Position numbers and translations under genes: made by a program
Notes under the pieces: model-generated
Told to the model about the DNA's origin: nothing
Databases searched by the model: none
What the model saw: only the letters and a program-made list of their open reading frames with translations
DNA from: the human T2T-CHM13v2.0 reference genome, Homo sapiens
Strand: one strand, 5' to 3'
NCBI RefSeq assembly: GCF_009914755.1
Contig: NC_060948.1
DNA length: 64,000 nucleotides
Part shown: positions 47,886-61,636 of the stretch, piece by piece
Numbering within the stretch: the stretch's first letter is position 1
Layout of the letters: each line of letters opens with the position of its first letter

Positions 47886-49797
47886 CCGTTAACTAAAAAT
47901 TGATGAGTTCTTCAGGAAGAACCATTGAACAAAATGTGCATTCAGCAATAAAACTGCAAAAGAATATAATCCCACAGTTTTTAGTGATGGTGCTCTCTGT
48001 ATGTTTCAGTTCATGGGTCATTCTGACTCAGAGTTAGCAAGCTCTTATGAACTCCTAAATGAATGGGCCATCCTTCCATTTATGTTTTCACAGAGCAAGA
48101 ATTTACTACTTAACACATATCAAGCAGCATACTGGGAACAAGTTATACAAATGTAGACAGATATAGTCACTGTCTCTAAAGACCTCACAATTTAATCAGG
48201 GAGAAATAATCACAATAAGGTATAACTTCATAACTGAGGTAAATAAAGACTGCATGCAGGAACGAGACCTAAATCATTTGCTCAGTGGGAGTCAGGGAAG
48301 ATATCACCAGGGTGACAGTCCAGCTGTGTCTTGAAAGACAGTATGGTTTTATCAGGAAGAGAAAAGGATTGACATTCCAGGTGAGGAAATACAGCCATGG
48401 CGGTTTGTGTGAGGATGACAATCTTCCTCAAAGCCTTCAGAAACTCACAGTTAAATAAACAGGAATCTAGCCAGTCCCGTATCTTGCAGATGAAGTTATT
48501 AGTCTAAACACAATCCAAACATCTCAAAAAACTGTGCTTCCAACACTCATTTTTATAGCTGGAGCAAGCCCAATTCCTATCAATGCTATATAAAATTGTA
48601 AAGGGTGTGCACTTAACATTAAACAAGTAGGTCTCATTGAGAAGCCCCAAGCAAGACTTAATGCTAGGGTAAAGCCTTGCTACTTTTAACATCTGGCAGC
48701 AGCAGTTCACGATGTAGGCCAAAAATACTGCTGTAAATCCAGTGTGGTCTAAGACATACACTTAGAAACAGAATATGATTTCTTAAAAAATAGATTCAAT
48801 CCCACTTGCTGAAATAGACTCCCTGCCACTCCTCATCCTCACTTTCTCTTGTCCAGTTACTTCCCAGATGACCAGATCAAATGGCCACATGGATGACCTT
48901 TGCAGCCCTGGTGACTCCTTCACCCCAGGGACCTTGAACTTTGTTCATTTCCATGACTCCATCCAATGGCAGCACAGTGCATTTGCTTTCCAGTATCCAC
49001 CTGAAACCTAATCCTGCAATTCTGTACTCTTGGACAATTGTTATAATTCCACCTGCCAGTCTCTCCAGATCTAGTCCTTGATCCCTGAGACCGCTAATCC
49101 ACCCTCCCTTTCCCCCTGGGTTAGCTGCCACTTGCCCCCTCCTCTGCTTCCCTTCACTATGCAAGATAAGCCCAGAATCTTCAGTTAAATAGGCTGCCAT
49201 TCTCACATCAAATAAGGTAGGCTCTGCAAACCTCCAATCCTTAAACATCTTCATCTTTCCACCCTCACTGAAAGGTGAAGAAGAGATGGATGCTTAGAAT
49301 TCCTCCACGGACCTACCAAAAGTAAAAATAAAAATAAAAAATAAACTCCCCTCCAAGCACATGGTTTGGGCTTACTTAATTTCAGGCTCCCCCAACTACA
49401 GCTGGGCCCTCAATACAGGTGATCAGTCCTCTGTGCCTTAAAGAGCTGTTCTTCCGTTACACACTTGAGCTGCTCTGTACCTCTGAGCTGCTCCTAAAAC
49501 CCATGATCTAACCCTCTAATCTGCCTGAGAAGATGGAGCTTATTTAGAGTGTGCTTCTCATTATCCCAACTTGACTGTTTACCTCTGACATTCTTCCTTT
49601 TCTACTTGTCCCAGAGGAAGCAAATGTGTTTACGTTTCAAGGCCCATTCTCCTTTTTCTTTGCAATGTTGACCCCAGTTCCTATTGCTCTTCTGGGGCCT
49701 TGTTACCTCAATTGTATCATCTCATTCCTGGATCTTGAGCCAACCTACTAATAGCTGCAGGAAATAGGTACACAGTAAAATATTTGTAAATACCACC

Positions 49798-50236
49798 TGT
49801 TGGGAACAGTCCCCCAAAATCTGGCCATAAACTGGCCCCAAACTGGCCATAAATAAAATCTCTGCAGCACTGTGACATGTTCATGATGGCCATAACACCC
49901 ACACTGGAAGGTTGTGGGTTTACCAGAATGAGGGCAAAAAACACCTGGCCCGCCCTTGGTGGAAAACTGCTTAATGGCATTCTTAAACCACAAACAATAG
50001 CATGAGCAATCTGTGCCTTAAGGACATGCCCCTGCTGCAGATAAATAGCCAAACCCATCCCTTTATTTTGGCTCATCCCTTCATTTCCCATAAGGGATAC
50101 TTTCAATTAATCGAATATCTATAGAAACAATTCTAATGACTGGCTTGCTGTTAGTAAATAAGTGGGCAAATCTCTGTTCAGGGCCGTCAGCTCTGAAGGC
50201 TGTGAGACCCCTGATTTCCCACTTTACACTTCTATA

Positions 50237-50281
<45 letters not shown>

Positions 50282-51671
50282 TTTAATTCCTCTAGCACTG
50301 CTGGGTTAGGGTTTCCCCAGCTGAGCTGGTCTCGGCAAGGGGCACCCATACGCAAGGGGTTGAATCCAGGTCAAAGGATCACTGGAGTGATGGTTGGAGA
50401 ATGTGGAACCAGCTGGAGGACACCCAAGTACTCTTAAAGCAATCCCCTTGGTGAGTAAGAAGGGGAGTTCAGAAGCATCAGGGTAACAATGGGACAAGTG
50501 CGGGCTGTGGTTAGTTCCACCTTGGAACTTTTTCACACTGATGATGGGGAGGAAGGAGAGTATAACGAAGTAACACAGGAGGTTTCAGAGCAGGTTTATT
50601 TGCCAACTAAAGCTAAAGCGGCAAAGGAGGGAGAGGTTCATCCCTACCCTTCTGCACCCCCTCATTATTATACTGAAGAAAAAGGCCCTCCAGATCTTTC
50701 TTTTCCAGAGGACCCTGGGTGAAAACTTTTTGCCCCAGTGAGTGTTCAAGCAGCGCCTTGAGTGCTCTCAGTTCTATACAGGCAGTAATTCAGCAAGCTA
50801 GAAGAGAGGGTGATTTAGAGGCTTGGCAGTACTCTGTTAGAATACAACCCCCAGATCAGCAGGGAAATATTTGAGGCTTTTCCTTTTAAATTACTCAAGA
50901 ATTTAAACAAGCTATTCATACTAAAAAAGAATGTAGAAAAAATCAGTGAGTCAGGCTGCCAGATAGCAGGAAAAAGTAACTGCTGAGTCTGAAATGTGTC
51001 CAAAATGTAAAAAAGGAAAACATTGAGCTAGTCAGTGTCACTCTAAGTTTGATAAAGATGGGAACCCAATTTCAGGAAATGCCATGAGGTGCCAGCCCAT
51101 CCCGGCCCCCACTCCAGACTGGGGCATTTCCAGCTCAGGCCATTCCTTCACCTCTGTACAATATCTGTCCCCTGCCACAGCCAGTAGTGTGGCAGTAGAT
51201 TTATGCTGCACAAAAGCTGTGAGCCTTCCGCCTGGGGAACACCCACATAAGGTCCCAACAGGAGTCTGTGGACCCTTGCCAGTGGGAACAATAGGATCAC
51301 TTTTAGGAAGGTCTAGTTTAAGTTTAAAAGAGGTACAAATACATACAGGAGTCATTGATTCAGACTACAATGGGGAAATTCAAATTGTTATATCTACTTC
51401 TGTTCGCTGGAAAGCAGAGCCAGGAGAGTGTATAGCACAGCTCCTGATTGTGCTGTATTTGGGAATGGGAAAAAGTGAAATTAAATGAAGAGGAGGATTT
51501 GGAAGCACAAATAAACAAGGCAAAGCAGCTTATTGGGTAAATCAAATTACTGATAATTGTTCTACCTGTGAAATAAGTATTCAGGAAAATAAATTTAAAG
51601 GTTTGGTAGTTACAGGAGCAGATATTTCAAACATTTCTCTTCAGCACTGGCCGTCTGCATGGCCAATTCAT
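49798..51671 (+). mobile_element. HERV-K(HML-3)/HERVK9 provirus 5' portion: MER9 LTR, deleted gag, dUTPase-protease, truncated
   Basis: MER9-like LTR tgttgggaac...ctggccataaactggcccc (49798-~50337, containing a (TG)n); gag MGQVRAVVSSTLELFHTD; zinc knuckle; dUTPase ATASSVAVDL...GVIDSDYNGEI; protease GLVVTGADIS; no pol, env or 3' LTR. Confidence 0.92.
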
Positions 51672-52155
51672 TGTACATGAAACTGACTAATGAATGGACT
51701 CTTTTTAAAAGAACACAATAAGCATGTATTTTCTATTTCTCCGTTACTTTTTTTAAAATTGGAAATTAATGTGGGATTTTATTCATATCCTTCTATTTTT
51801 CTTTTCCTTTAGCTAATATTAATTTTTTGTCTCCTAGATGACAGGCAGTCATATATTGTAGGTATCACAATGAACAAAAGACAGTGAGACAATTTGTAAG
51901 CTTTAATGAAGCTTATAGTCTTTATCAGTCAGGGTCTTAGCAAATAACAGATGGCATACTGAAAAGTTACTACTACTCCTAGGCCTAAAGGGTCAAGGGG
52001 AGGAAATCCTTTCTGGAACCCACAGTGAAAGTTCTATCTGTATGAAAGTTTTGACCACAGGAGCTATTAACAGATAGACAAATCAGCCCAGACAACTTGC
52101 AGCCTATAAGGGAAGGAAACAAAGGAATTAGTACTTCATTCTCTCCTTCCACCCT

Positions 52156-52405
52156 CAGATATCTTGCCAGTAGTTTCCTTTGGCCAAATCTAGTTGGAAT
52201 CCAGAGGGTAAAGAAACCCAAGCAGGCCAGCTTCATGGAAAACACTACAATATGGAACGAGATAGAGAATCAATCTATAGCAGATATCTAGCCAGTATTT
52301 TCCTTTGGCCAAATCTAGTTGGAAGCCAGAGGGTAAAGAAGCCCAAGCAAGCCAGATTTATGGAAAATAGTACAACATGGAAACAGATAGAGAATCAATC
52401 TGTAG
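52156..52405. repeat. Tandem duplication, 2 x 125 bp, within an old LTR-like element
   Basis: cagatatct...tttcctttggccaaatctagttggaa...gatagagaatcaatct starts at 52156 and again at 52281. Confidence 0.9.
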
Positions 52406-52629
52406 CAAAAACTAAAGAATAAGCAGCACACAATATATGGAAACTGGCATTTAAGTAGGTAAGTATTATACAGAGTGATAAGTTCTATGTTAGAGGAAGT
52501 TCTGCATAGCATTACAACTTTTAGAAGGGGCATCCCTGATTTGCTACTCTGCAGTACCTCTTGGACAGGTGTTGTCCACCAATTCTGCTCTAGTCAGATC
52601 AATTCATATTCAGTAATTTTAAAAAGCAT

Positions 52630-53700
52630 TTTATTATGCAAATTTTTGAATTCCATATGAAAGTAAAGAGAACAGTAATTAGTTGCGATGTATCCATCAC
52701 GTACAGTCAACAACCATCATTACTTTGGAATATTGAGGCTTCTATCGCCCAACTACTCTTTTTAATTTTGTTTGAGAGGGGTTTATAAAATATTACAGCA
52801 TTATGTTATTTTACCAGAAAATACTTAAATACACATCTCTGACAATAATATTTTAAATAGATTTTACATATCACCATGTCACTGGCATACTTAATAACAT
52901 TAACCTATTATGCTAAGAAAATTAATTAAATTCTTTAACACCATCTAATATCATCTATACTCAAAAATCCCTCAGATCATGCAATTGATTGAGAGAGAAA
53001 CCGGACTGTTTGTCCTATAGACCATCCCACATTCTGAATATCACAGATTGGTTCCTTATGACTTCATTTAATATACTCCTCTTTTTCTGGTATTTCCCTT
53101 AAAATTGTGTGTAGCCCCAGAGCCTTAATTGTATTTTGTTCCAATTTTAGGCAATAATATTTAGTGAGTGGTGGTGTATACTTTCCATTACACTGCCTTG
53201 GAGGCATATAATGTCTGATTGTCCTACTTCCAGTAATGGAAACTGTCACTGTGGGTTCAGATGATGTCAACCTGACCCTTCCATCATCAAATTTCTCACC
53301 AACACTTCAACTAAGGTTTTTAGAATTAATTGATTATTGTTGTCAAGGTACATTATGCTTTTAGGGGATGCAAAATGGAGATTTTCTTCTTCTATCATTC
53401 CTTTTGAATCTATCAATTCAACAAAGAATAACTTTCTCTCCATAATTATTAGCTTATCTTAAAATGCCCTTCATCTGGAAAGTGACGATGAATGCTTTAA
53501 AATTTCCCCTTCATCTGTTTTCAGAAAAATGGGTTGATGTCTTAGCAACTTCCAATGATATCTAATAAGTTTTTATCATTCTGAATTTATTTACTTTTAT
53601 ACTTGTGATGTGTTTTTGACGATTGAAGTTATTATTGCTCAAATTATGTCTTTTTCTGTCCAGTGGGAGTTCACTAAGTTAACATGTATGTTAATATTTT
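52630..53700 (-). mobile_element. Old L1M (L1MC/ME-like) 3' region
   Basis: Degenerate L1M 3' UTR-like motifs (tttaacaccatctaata, gaggcatataatgtctgattgtcc). Confidence 0.5.
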
Positions 53701-56700
53701 GCTTAACTTGAAATTGAGATGCCTCTTTGAATTATACTCACTCCCAACATCTCTCCCTTTTAAAATACTATATGTTGCTACAAGACTTTGTTGGAATATC
53801 ACATGAATACACTTGAATCCTCTAATCACTAGCCACATATTGGATAGTGTTCAATATTCATTCTAACTTTTCAAGATATCACCAATTAACTCCAATTCAA
53901 TTCTATGTCAGACATGTCACTTAACTGAAATTTGAGGTTCTATCACTCTTCATACCTATGAATTCTGTTTATACTCATTGTTATGGAATTTGGAGTTCTC
54001 CACGATTTGTCCTTAAACTTATTTCTCATTACTACTTTACCCTACCTCATTGCTGCCCTATTTGTCTTTTTCAGCTTCTGAAAGGCAGATCCTTATTGAA
54101 TACTTCCTGCAAGTCTAGGTTCGTGGAAGTTTCTGAGTGAATTTGGGAAAGGGTAAAGGGAGTTGAAATCAAAACAGTAAGAGATGTATTCAAATTTTTT
54201 TGCTAATTCCCCTAACTCCCTTTGCTATGGCTCTAGGCTCACCAAAAGAATACTGTCGGTTATGGGTCTTTCTAGGTAGATCTTACTTTCAAAAAGAGAC
54301 TGCTCTCACCAAAGTAATATATTGCCTATTTCTCTTTCAGTTATGTTTTTTTTTCATTATAAATAAGTTCCTGGCCTTTTCATTACAGGTAGCTTTCCAT
54401 GCTGTATCTTTTACATAAAGTCCATAGAAAAAAAGATGCCTCATCTACAGTGCCTACAGTTATTATCATAGTCCTGTTTTTCACTGCAAACTAATTATTT
54501 GTATTTCTGATCAGTCTTGTGAGCCAGCACAATGTGAATCTACCCACTCTCTGAGTGCTGATAACTTAGATAACTGAGTCAAAAAGGCTGCAGAGATCTG
54601 AGGCCTTGGCATCATGATAATGAATATACCCGTGTGAGATAGTCAACAGCCTTTCCCCTGGTGGCACAAGTCTTTGTGTTAGCCTTATCCTCATCTATCT
54701 TATTTGAACTTCTGCAGGCACAACTCACAAGGCATCACAGATTAGATTATGCTTTGATCCAATTATTTTATTTTATACATGAGAAAACTGAAGCCCTAAG
54801 AGGAAAGGACTTTTCTGAGATTACAAAGTCATGAAAAAGCCACGATTTATTCCAAGTCTCCTGATACTCAGTTGAGCATTCTTTGCCTTGCCTGATGCGT
54901 CTAGATGGATGAAAAAGCATTTTCTTATTATCATTTGGATTTCATAAATATTCATGGATTATAAAAGTCTAGTGATGCCTGAGACCTTAGAGACCGTATA
55001 ACCTATTGTATCTCAACAGGGATCAATGGACTAGATATATTAGAACGATCCCTGGAAATTTTCATTCTATAGGACTGGGATGAGGATAAAAAACTGTGCT
55101 TTTTATACAAATAAAAACTTCCCAGGTGATTCTGCACAGTAAGACTTGGAAAACCCTCCTATTTTATAATTGCTTACTTTTGCTGATGAATTAACAGGCC
55201 TAGGAAAGAGAAGAAATCTTTTCTTTACACATAATTTCTTGCTTAGGGTCTCGATCATACCACAGTTGACTTTTGAGCAGTTATTTACAACTCCAGCACT
55301 ATGTACTAAAAAAGATTGAAGCGGTTCAGTTTGGAAGATCTACATTAGGGAAACAACACCTAGAGTAAATCCTGGAGCAGATTGTGAAGTCAGTCCCAAA
55401 TGTCATTTGGGCACAAGTGTTTTTTGCTTCTATTGCTGAAATGCACATAACTTATGCCATGGGACATATTCAAAGAGGCAGAAAGCTACAATTAGAAGGT
55501 GGCAATAACACACATTGCCATCAATGAATTTAGAGAAAAAATAATTGAACTTGTCATTAAAGTCAAAGCTGGATGCATTTTGGAAGGGTAATCAATTTCT
55601 GAAGGGCCCCAGTGCAAACTATTCACATCGTTGGAGGTTGTTCTCAGCTACATGCTACAATTAGGCAAGTAGGTTGTACTTTAATACAAATGGGTAGTTC
55701 TTGTTCTGTGATATAAACCCATTTTCGAGACTTCTATGCCTATATCAATTGTATATGCCAATACCTCCTCAGATGTGTATCTGTACATTATTTTTCTTAA
55801 TGATATTGAACACTTTCATATGTGAGGCAAAACCATAAAGCATTTTATTGTCAGATAAGGGAGTAAGACAACTTGTATAGGTTTGAATTAAAAGATAAGT
55901 TTACTTAGTAGCATTGGTTCAGAGGCAAGAATTATCACATTCAATTTGTGGAAGATAATGAGAAAGATTGATGGCATACGAGGTGGGCCTTGGAGAATGG
56001 GGTGGGTGGAGACAGATGAGAGAGATGAGGGGAGAGGGAAGGAGGGAGGGAGAGAGAGAGAGGGAGAGAGAAAAGCAAGAAAGGAGAGAGAAAGAATGAA
56101 CAAAAGCATTCATTCCAGGCTTCCAGGCTCAGAGAATTGTATGAATAACGCTACAGGTGAATGAGAGTACAAAATAGATCAGGCTAACCCAGAGACTTAT
56201 CCTTAGCAGACATTATTTGAAAGGACAGTTCACCCTCTAAGTTTCCTTAAGAAGTTTTCACTGGAAAGCTCCTGTCTTCCGCTTTCATAGTTTGGTGGTA
56301 AACAGAGAGGTGTAGTTGAACATCACCTGTAGACCAAATAGGGTGTTAACAGAAAACTAGAACTCTGACAATGATGCTATAATTATGCGGAAGGAGGGTC
56401 AGTAGTGTTAAGGAAAAGGGAGTAAAGGATTTAGAAACCGAAGGGTAAATTTTCAGCCTCTTCCTTGCTACAAATTAAGCATATCACCTTGGGTTTTTAC
56501 TCAATGTCTTTTGCACCTTGCTTTCTTTCTTTATAAAAATAGGATGAAAACGCCTCTTCTTTCTAGGTCTGTGGATTGCTGTGAGGATCAAATAAGATAA
56601 ATGCAAATTTTGGTGTTATTATTAGAAGTAATAATGGTAAAATGGAGTATTTCATATCATTTAAAGATTTTTTATATATGCTAAGATATTTTTTCATACT

Positions 56701-59487
56701 TTTTCAAAATATCAATTCTGTAGTGCCATAAATAATTGTATTAAATGAATCGCTGGTACAAAGATCACATTCTGGTTCATAAGTCCTGTCTGGATGACTT
56801 AGAAATATTTAACTGTTAATATGAATATGGAAATCCAGCAGACTGAATCATTAAGGAGGAAAAAGGACCCGTTTTATGCATCAGACAGATTTCAGTAGCT
56901 TATATTGTCTACCTACAGGAGCTGGACACAATGATTCTTGCATATTTTGGATTCAAATGCATTTTTATTATTATTTTACCCCTGAAGCTAGGTTTGGAAA
57001 GACAACATTTGTTACTTAAGACAACTTAGAAAAAAAAAAAAACTATTTCTAAGTTATCACATTGAAAGGGTTGTTATGAGACCATCACATTATTTTATTT
57101 GCCAAATATGAATATGTTTCCTCAGTAATGTACTTTTGATTGTTATTGTTTTTAGAGAAATAAGATACTGTTCTCAATAAAATAAAGAACATGCTCAAAT
57201 AACGAACTAATAAAGGGATAAAAATAGTCAATTAACATTGAGACGCTTGTTCACTGTCACTAGTAATCAAATAAATACAATGCAAATAAATCATTGAGTT
57301 ATTATTTCAAACTATCGAATTTGCAAACATTTAAAAGAAAAAGAGCTGGCAAATTCATAACCTCCTTTAAAAAGGGAATACTTAAATGAATTATAGTAGA
57401 GTGATTCAAGTACATTATAAAGAATAGATGGCAGTGAGGAAATAATCATAATAAATACATAAAAATCTGATGTATAATTGGTGATCTGCAAGAAAATGTG
57501 GGGAAAAGGTAGTAGCATTTACTTCTGAATGGTTGTACAATTTTTAGAGTTTTAAAAACTCCATTTCTGAATTTTCTGCAATAATTATTACTGTTATTAT
57601 CAGTAAAAATGAGAAAACAAAAATATGTGTGTGTGCACTCATACATGAATGCACACCTACTTCTTCTAGAGTTGTTTGGTTCTTAGTTACAGTAAAACTA
57701 TAATCTACCACAAAATGACAGCAGCATGCTTTACTGAGCTGCAGTTGTGCATATGGCCTGTTTATTCTTTTTTTTTTTTTTTTGGTCAACCTGTACTTCT
57801 TGTTTGGCTTTCTGTATTATAGATATTTGATATTATAAATATAAATATTATAGATGTTTGCAAGTTACATGTTTCTAATTGCCCAGCTACAAATATCAGT
57901 GGTGGTATATGCACTATCTACTACACTCATTCGGGACATAAATTTATATAACAGAAAGGCTACTGTTTTTGTAATTTAAATACACAGGGCTATTTTATTC
58001 TATGGGAGCAAGCAGAATTTAATTTAAACTGGCGTTTTTTCTGTAGACCTGGGAGTAGAATTTTTTTTTTTTTTTGAGATGGAGTCTTGCTCTTAATTTT
58101 ACCCAGGGATGCACTATTTTATTATTTTATAGTGAATAATATCTGACAAGCATGCATTATATTGCTACCTGCTGAGTCATGAATACATGAATACTACCAA
58201 GTAAATAGCTCAAATTTATAAATTTTAAAGCAATTTTTATTTTTGAATTGATCTTGTGTTTTTGATAGAATATACCTAAAAGGCTTAAAGTGCATGTAAC
58301 TGAGCAATTTTCTTTTATGTAATGATGCAAAGTATATGAATAGTAAGTAATCTGACTCAGCAAAGAGACAAGAGTTCATACCCAAGAGATTCGTGCTTTG
58401 AGGTTTGGAAATAGCTCTTGTTATGTATTTTTGATCTTGGGTGGGCTATTAGCTATAAGTCTTGGTGTCTTCATCCATAAAATGGTATTAATAGCACCTG
58501 CCTTTTCTGCTTTTCAGGTGTAGAGACTTGAAAAGTAAATAATAATACGTGGAAGTTCTCTACCGCCTTCTGTGCCCAGCTTGACCACATATTCAGGTTT
58601 TTGATAATTAGCACAATTAAAGTGAACCAAGGGGGAACAAGTTGCTGATTTAATTTGGGGTTACATTGCCTTCACCCTGTGTCATAGGCTTACTTAGTCC
58701 AAGCATTCCTTAAGTATGCGTGTCTATTTAAGAGATTAGCTGAGGGTGGCTGATATTCAATCTCAATTTATCTCAGCTTTGGGAAAACCATCCCTGCGTG
58801 TACCCTATCTGTGCTTGTGAGTCCACAGTGGGATTTTGTATAAAGAACAGCATGTTTATATTTACAAGATTGAAACTGTAGGTGAAGTTCATAAACATCT
58901 GAAATAATTCTTTTTTCCTGAAATATTTCCTGCTCTTCTGGCATTCTTCTTTGTAATATTCAGTTTCACATATACTTTCCTAGTTACATTGCAAACTCCA
59001 TGGGGTCAAAGTGTGTGCTAGTTTTGCATACTACTGAGTCTGTTGTGTCCATTACAGTGCTTGACACATAGCAGATGCTCAATAATTAAAACAGCAATTA
59101 TACACACACACATATATAAATATATATATATTTATATAAAATATATAAAAACAATGGACTGACAGACTCATTAAGTCCCACCACCCACCTCCTATTTCCT
59201 AGCATAGTGTCAGGTACTTATTAGGTGAACAACAGATAGTGACTGTATCTTATTTATATTATTTAGGATGGGCCTCTAGGAGTTCAGTAACTTATTGTTT
59301 TAGAGTAAATCAAAATATTAATCCTTACATGACACTTAAATGCATGAATACAGTATTGTGCTTAAGTAGGATACTGTCCTCAATAATTTAAAAATACATG
59401 CACCCATTTTTTTTCCATGCATTGAAAATGACTAGTCCAGAGATGAATATGAAGGCAGTGATAAAAGTCTGGGAGCAATATCGTCTA

Positions 59488-59547
59488 ACTTAGGGCTTGA
59501 GGCTCATTTGGATTCCCACTTAGGGCTTGAGGCTCATTTGGATTCCC
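59488..59547. repeat. Perfect tandem duplication, 2 x 30 bp
   Basis: acttagggcttgaggctcatttggattccc repeated back-to-back. Confidence 0.92.
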
Positions 59548-60419
59548 TAATTATGCTGATCTAGATCTTCAGGCTTGTAGTTCTCCCTGAGGGTCTTGGT
59601 TATTTTTCCTAATAGACTCACCAGTCTCGTTAATCAAACAAGTCCTCAACACTAAATATAAATCTCATCATAAAATCAAAGTTGCATTTATCCTAGTAAA
59701 AGTCTAAAGCTACTTCTACTAATTAGTAAGTTTGGGGAATAATTTGCCTAGACACCAGCAATGTGCTGGGCCTACATTTGGGCTACAGTGTATTTACTTA
59801 CCATAATTAGTGATTTTTTAAAAAAGGTAATTTTACCACTTGGAGTAAAAGAACATCAAAAATAAATGCTATAATTCAGTGAAGTTTGTAAAAAAAAAAG
59901 GGTCTATGTCTATATATCCATCCATACATATGTATGGTATTCATGACACCTTCTAAATTAGTGCAGCAATACATTATATTTTATCTCTGATTTAACTGTT
60001 CTTATAAAACAGCAAGATTATAAAAATTCCCACTTAACCAACATTAAAAGCAGCATTAAAATCTACAGTACTTAAAGAACATATTATCAATAACTTCCAT
60101 GATATGTGCTTACAAATTTTTTCCAAATATTAGATGATTGATACTTCATTTTCTAATAGCTTTCAGACCTGACAATCTGGATGGTAAACTGTAATTCAAT
60201 ATCTCCAAACTTACATTTGGCCAGATTATCATCTTGTGTATGTGTGTGTATGAAGGGGTGTGTGTATGAAGGGGTGTGTGTGTGTGTGTTTGTAGCAGAG
60301 AGAAAGATAGAGAAATAAAAAATAAATAAATAAAACAAACCTGGTAAAAGAAAAATTATGCTTTGGAAGATACGGCTTATTTCCCTCTTGGTATAGTCTC
60401 TTCATAATATTATTTTTTT

Positions 60420-61225
60420 TAATTTTTTTTTGTGGGGACATAGTAAGTGTGTATATTTATGGGGTACATGCGATGTTTTGATGCAGGCATACAATCTGGA
60501 ATAAGCCAATCATGAAGAATGGGGTATCCATTCCTTCAACACCCATCACTTGAACTACAAACAATACAATTACACTCTGTAATTATTTTAAAATGTATAA
60601 TTAAGTTATTATTGATTACAGTCATCTTGGTGTGCTATCAAATTGTAGGTCACAATCATTGTTTCTATGTTTTTTTAAAACCATTAACTATCCCCATCTC
60701 CCTACCAGGCCCCCATTACCCTTCCCAGCTTCTGGTAACCATCCTTCTACTTTTTATGTCCATGAGTTCAATTATTTTTATTTCTTGTCCCACAAATAAG
60801 TGAGAACGTGCAATGTTTGTCTTTCTGTGCCTGGCTTATTTCACTTAACATAATGATCTCCGTTCCACCATGCTGTTGGAAATCACTGGATCTCATTCTT
60901 TTTGTACGGCTGAATAATACTCCATTGTGTATGTGTACCACATTTTCTTTTGTTTTTATTTTATTATACTTTAAGTTTTAGGGTACATGTGCACATTGTG
61001 CACATTAGTTACATATGTATACATGTGCCATGCTGGTGCGCTGCACCCACTAACTCGTCATCTAGCATTAGGTATATCTCCCAATGCTATCCCTCCCCCA
61101 TTTTCTTTATCGCTTTATCTGCTGATGGACATTTAGGTTGCTTCCAAATCTTTTATTTTTTCCAAAAATCTGAAATTTGAGCTACCATATGATCCAGCAA
61201 TCTCACTGCTGGCTATATACCAATA
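60420..61225 (-). mobile_element. L1MA-type 3' end with a short inverted 5' piece, interrupted by a younger L1 fragment
   Basis: L1MA 3' UTR motifs (gtatatttatggggtacatg, tctgtgcctggcttatttcactta); plus-orientation piece gagctaccatatgatccagcaatc at ~61180. Confidence 0.8.
60951..61098 (-). mobile_element. ~150-bp young L1 (L1PA2-like) 3' end with TSD
   Basis: Near-consensus young L1 3' terminus (actaactcgtcatctagcattagg) flanked by cattttcttt on both sides. Confidence 0.85.
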
Positions 61226-61636
61226 TCAGAGTAAGCCACAAAAGTCATGTCCTCTACATCATTAATATAATTTAGAGGTGGACAATAAAAAAGAAAATTA
61301 ATGGAGAAATAAAAGCAGAAATTTATAAAACATGTATAAACAAATGAGTCCATATTACTCAACTTTATATGGGTAAAAATGGAAGTAAAGTCACAATATC
61401 AGGCATTGAAATTATTCTGTATTCTGTTACTTGGTGTAAGGTGATTTGCCACAATCCAAGAGTCTATGAAGTAAGTTTGTATGAGATAGGATGGAAGGAA
61501 AGGAGAATTTGAACTATCTCAGGGATATTTTTTAATGATTGAAAGCTATGCTATAAAATCTCTTAGGAAAAACATGCTATCAATTGCCTGATGGAGTAAT
61601 GCATATCTCATATCCTTCTCATCTCTATTCCTTCAG

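Noticed and set aside
55624-55644. Plus-strand IVGG tetrapeptide (mature protease N-terminus motif)
   Set aside because: Not followed by a PW.VSL or CGG motif, no clear splice context, and a 4-residue match is plausible by chance in ~12 kb.
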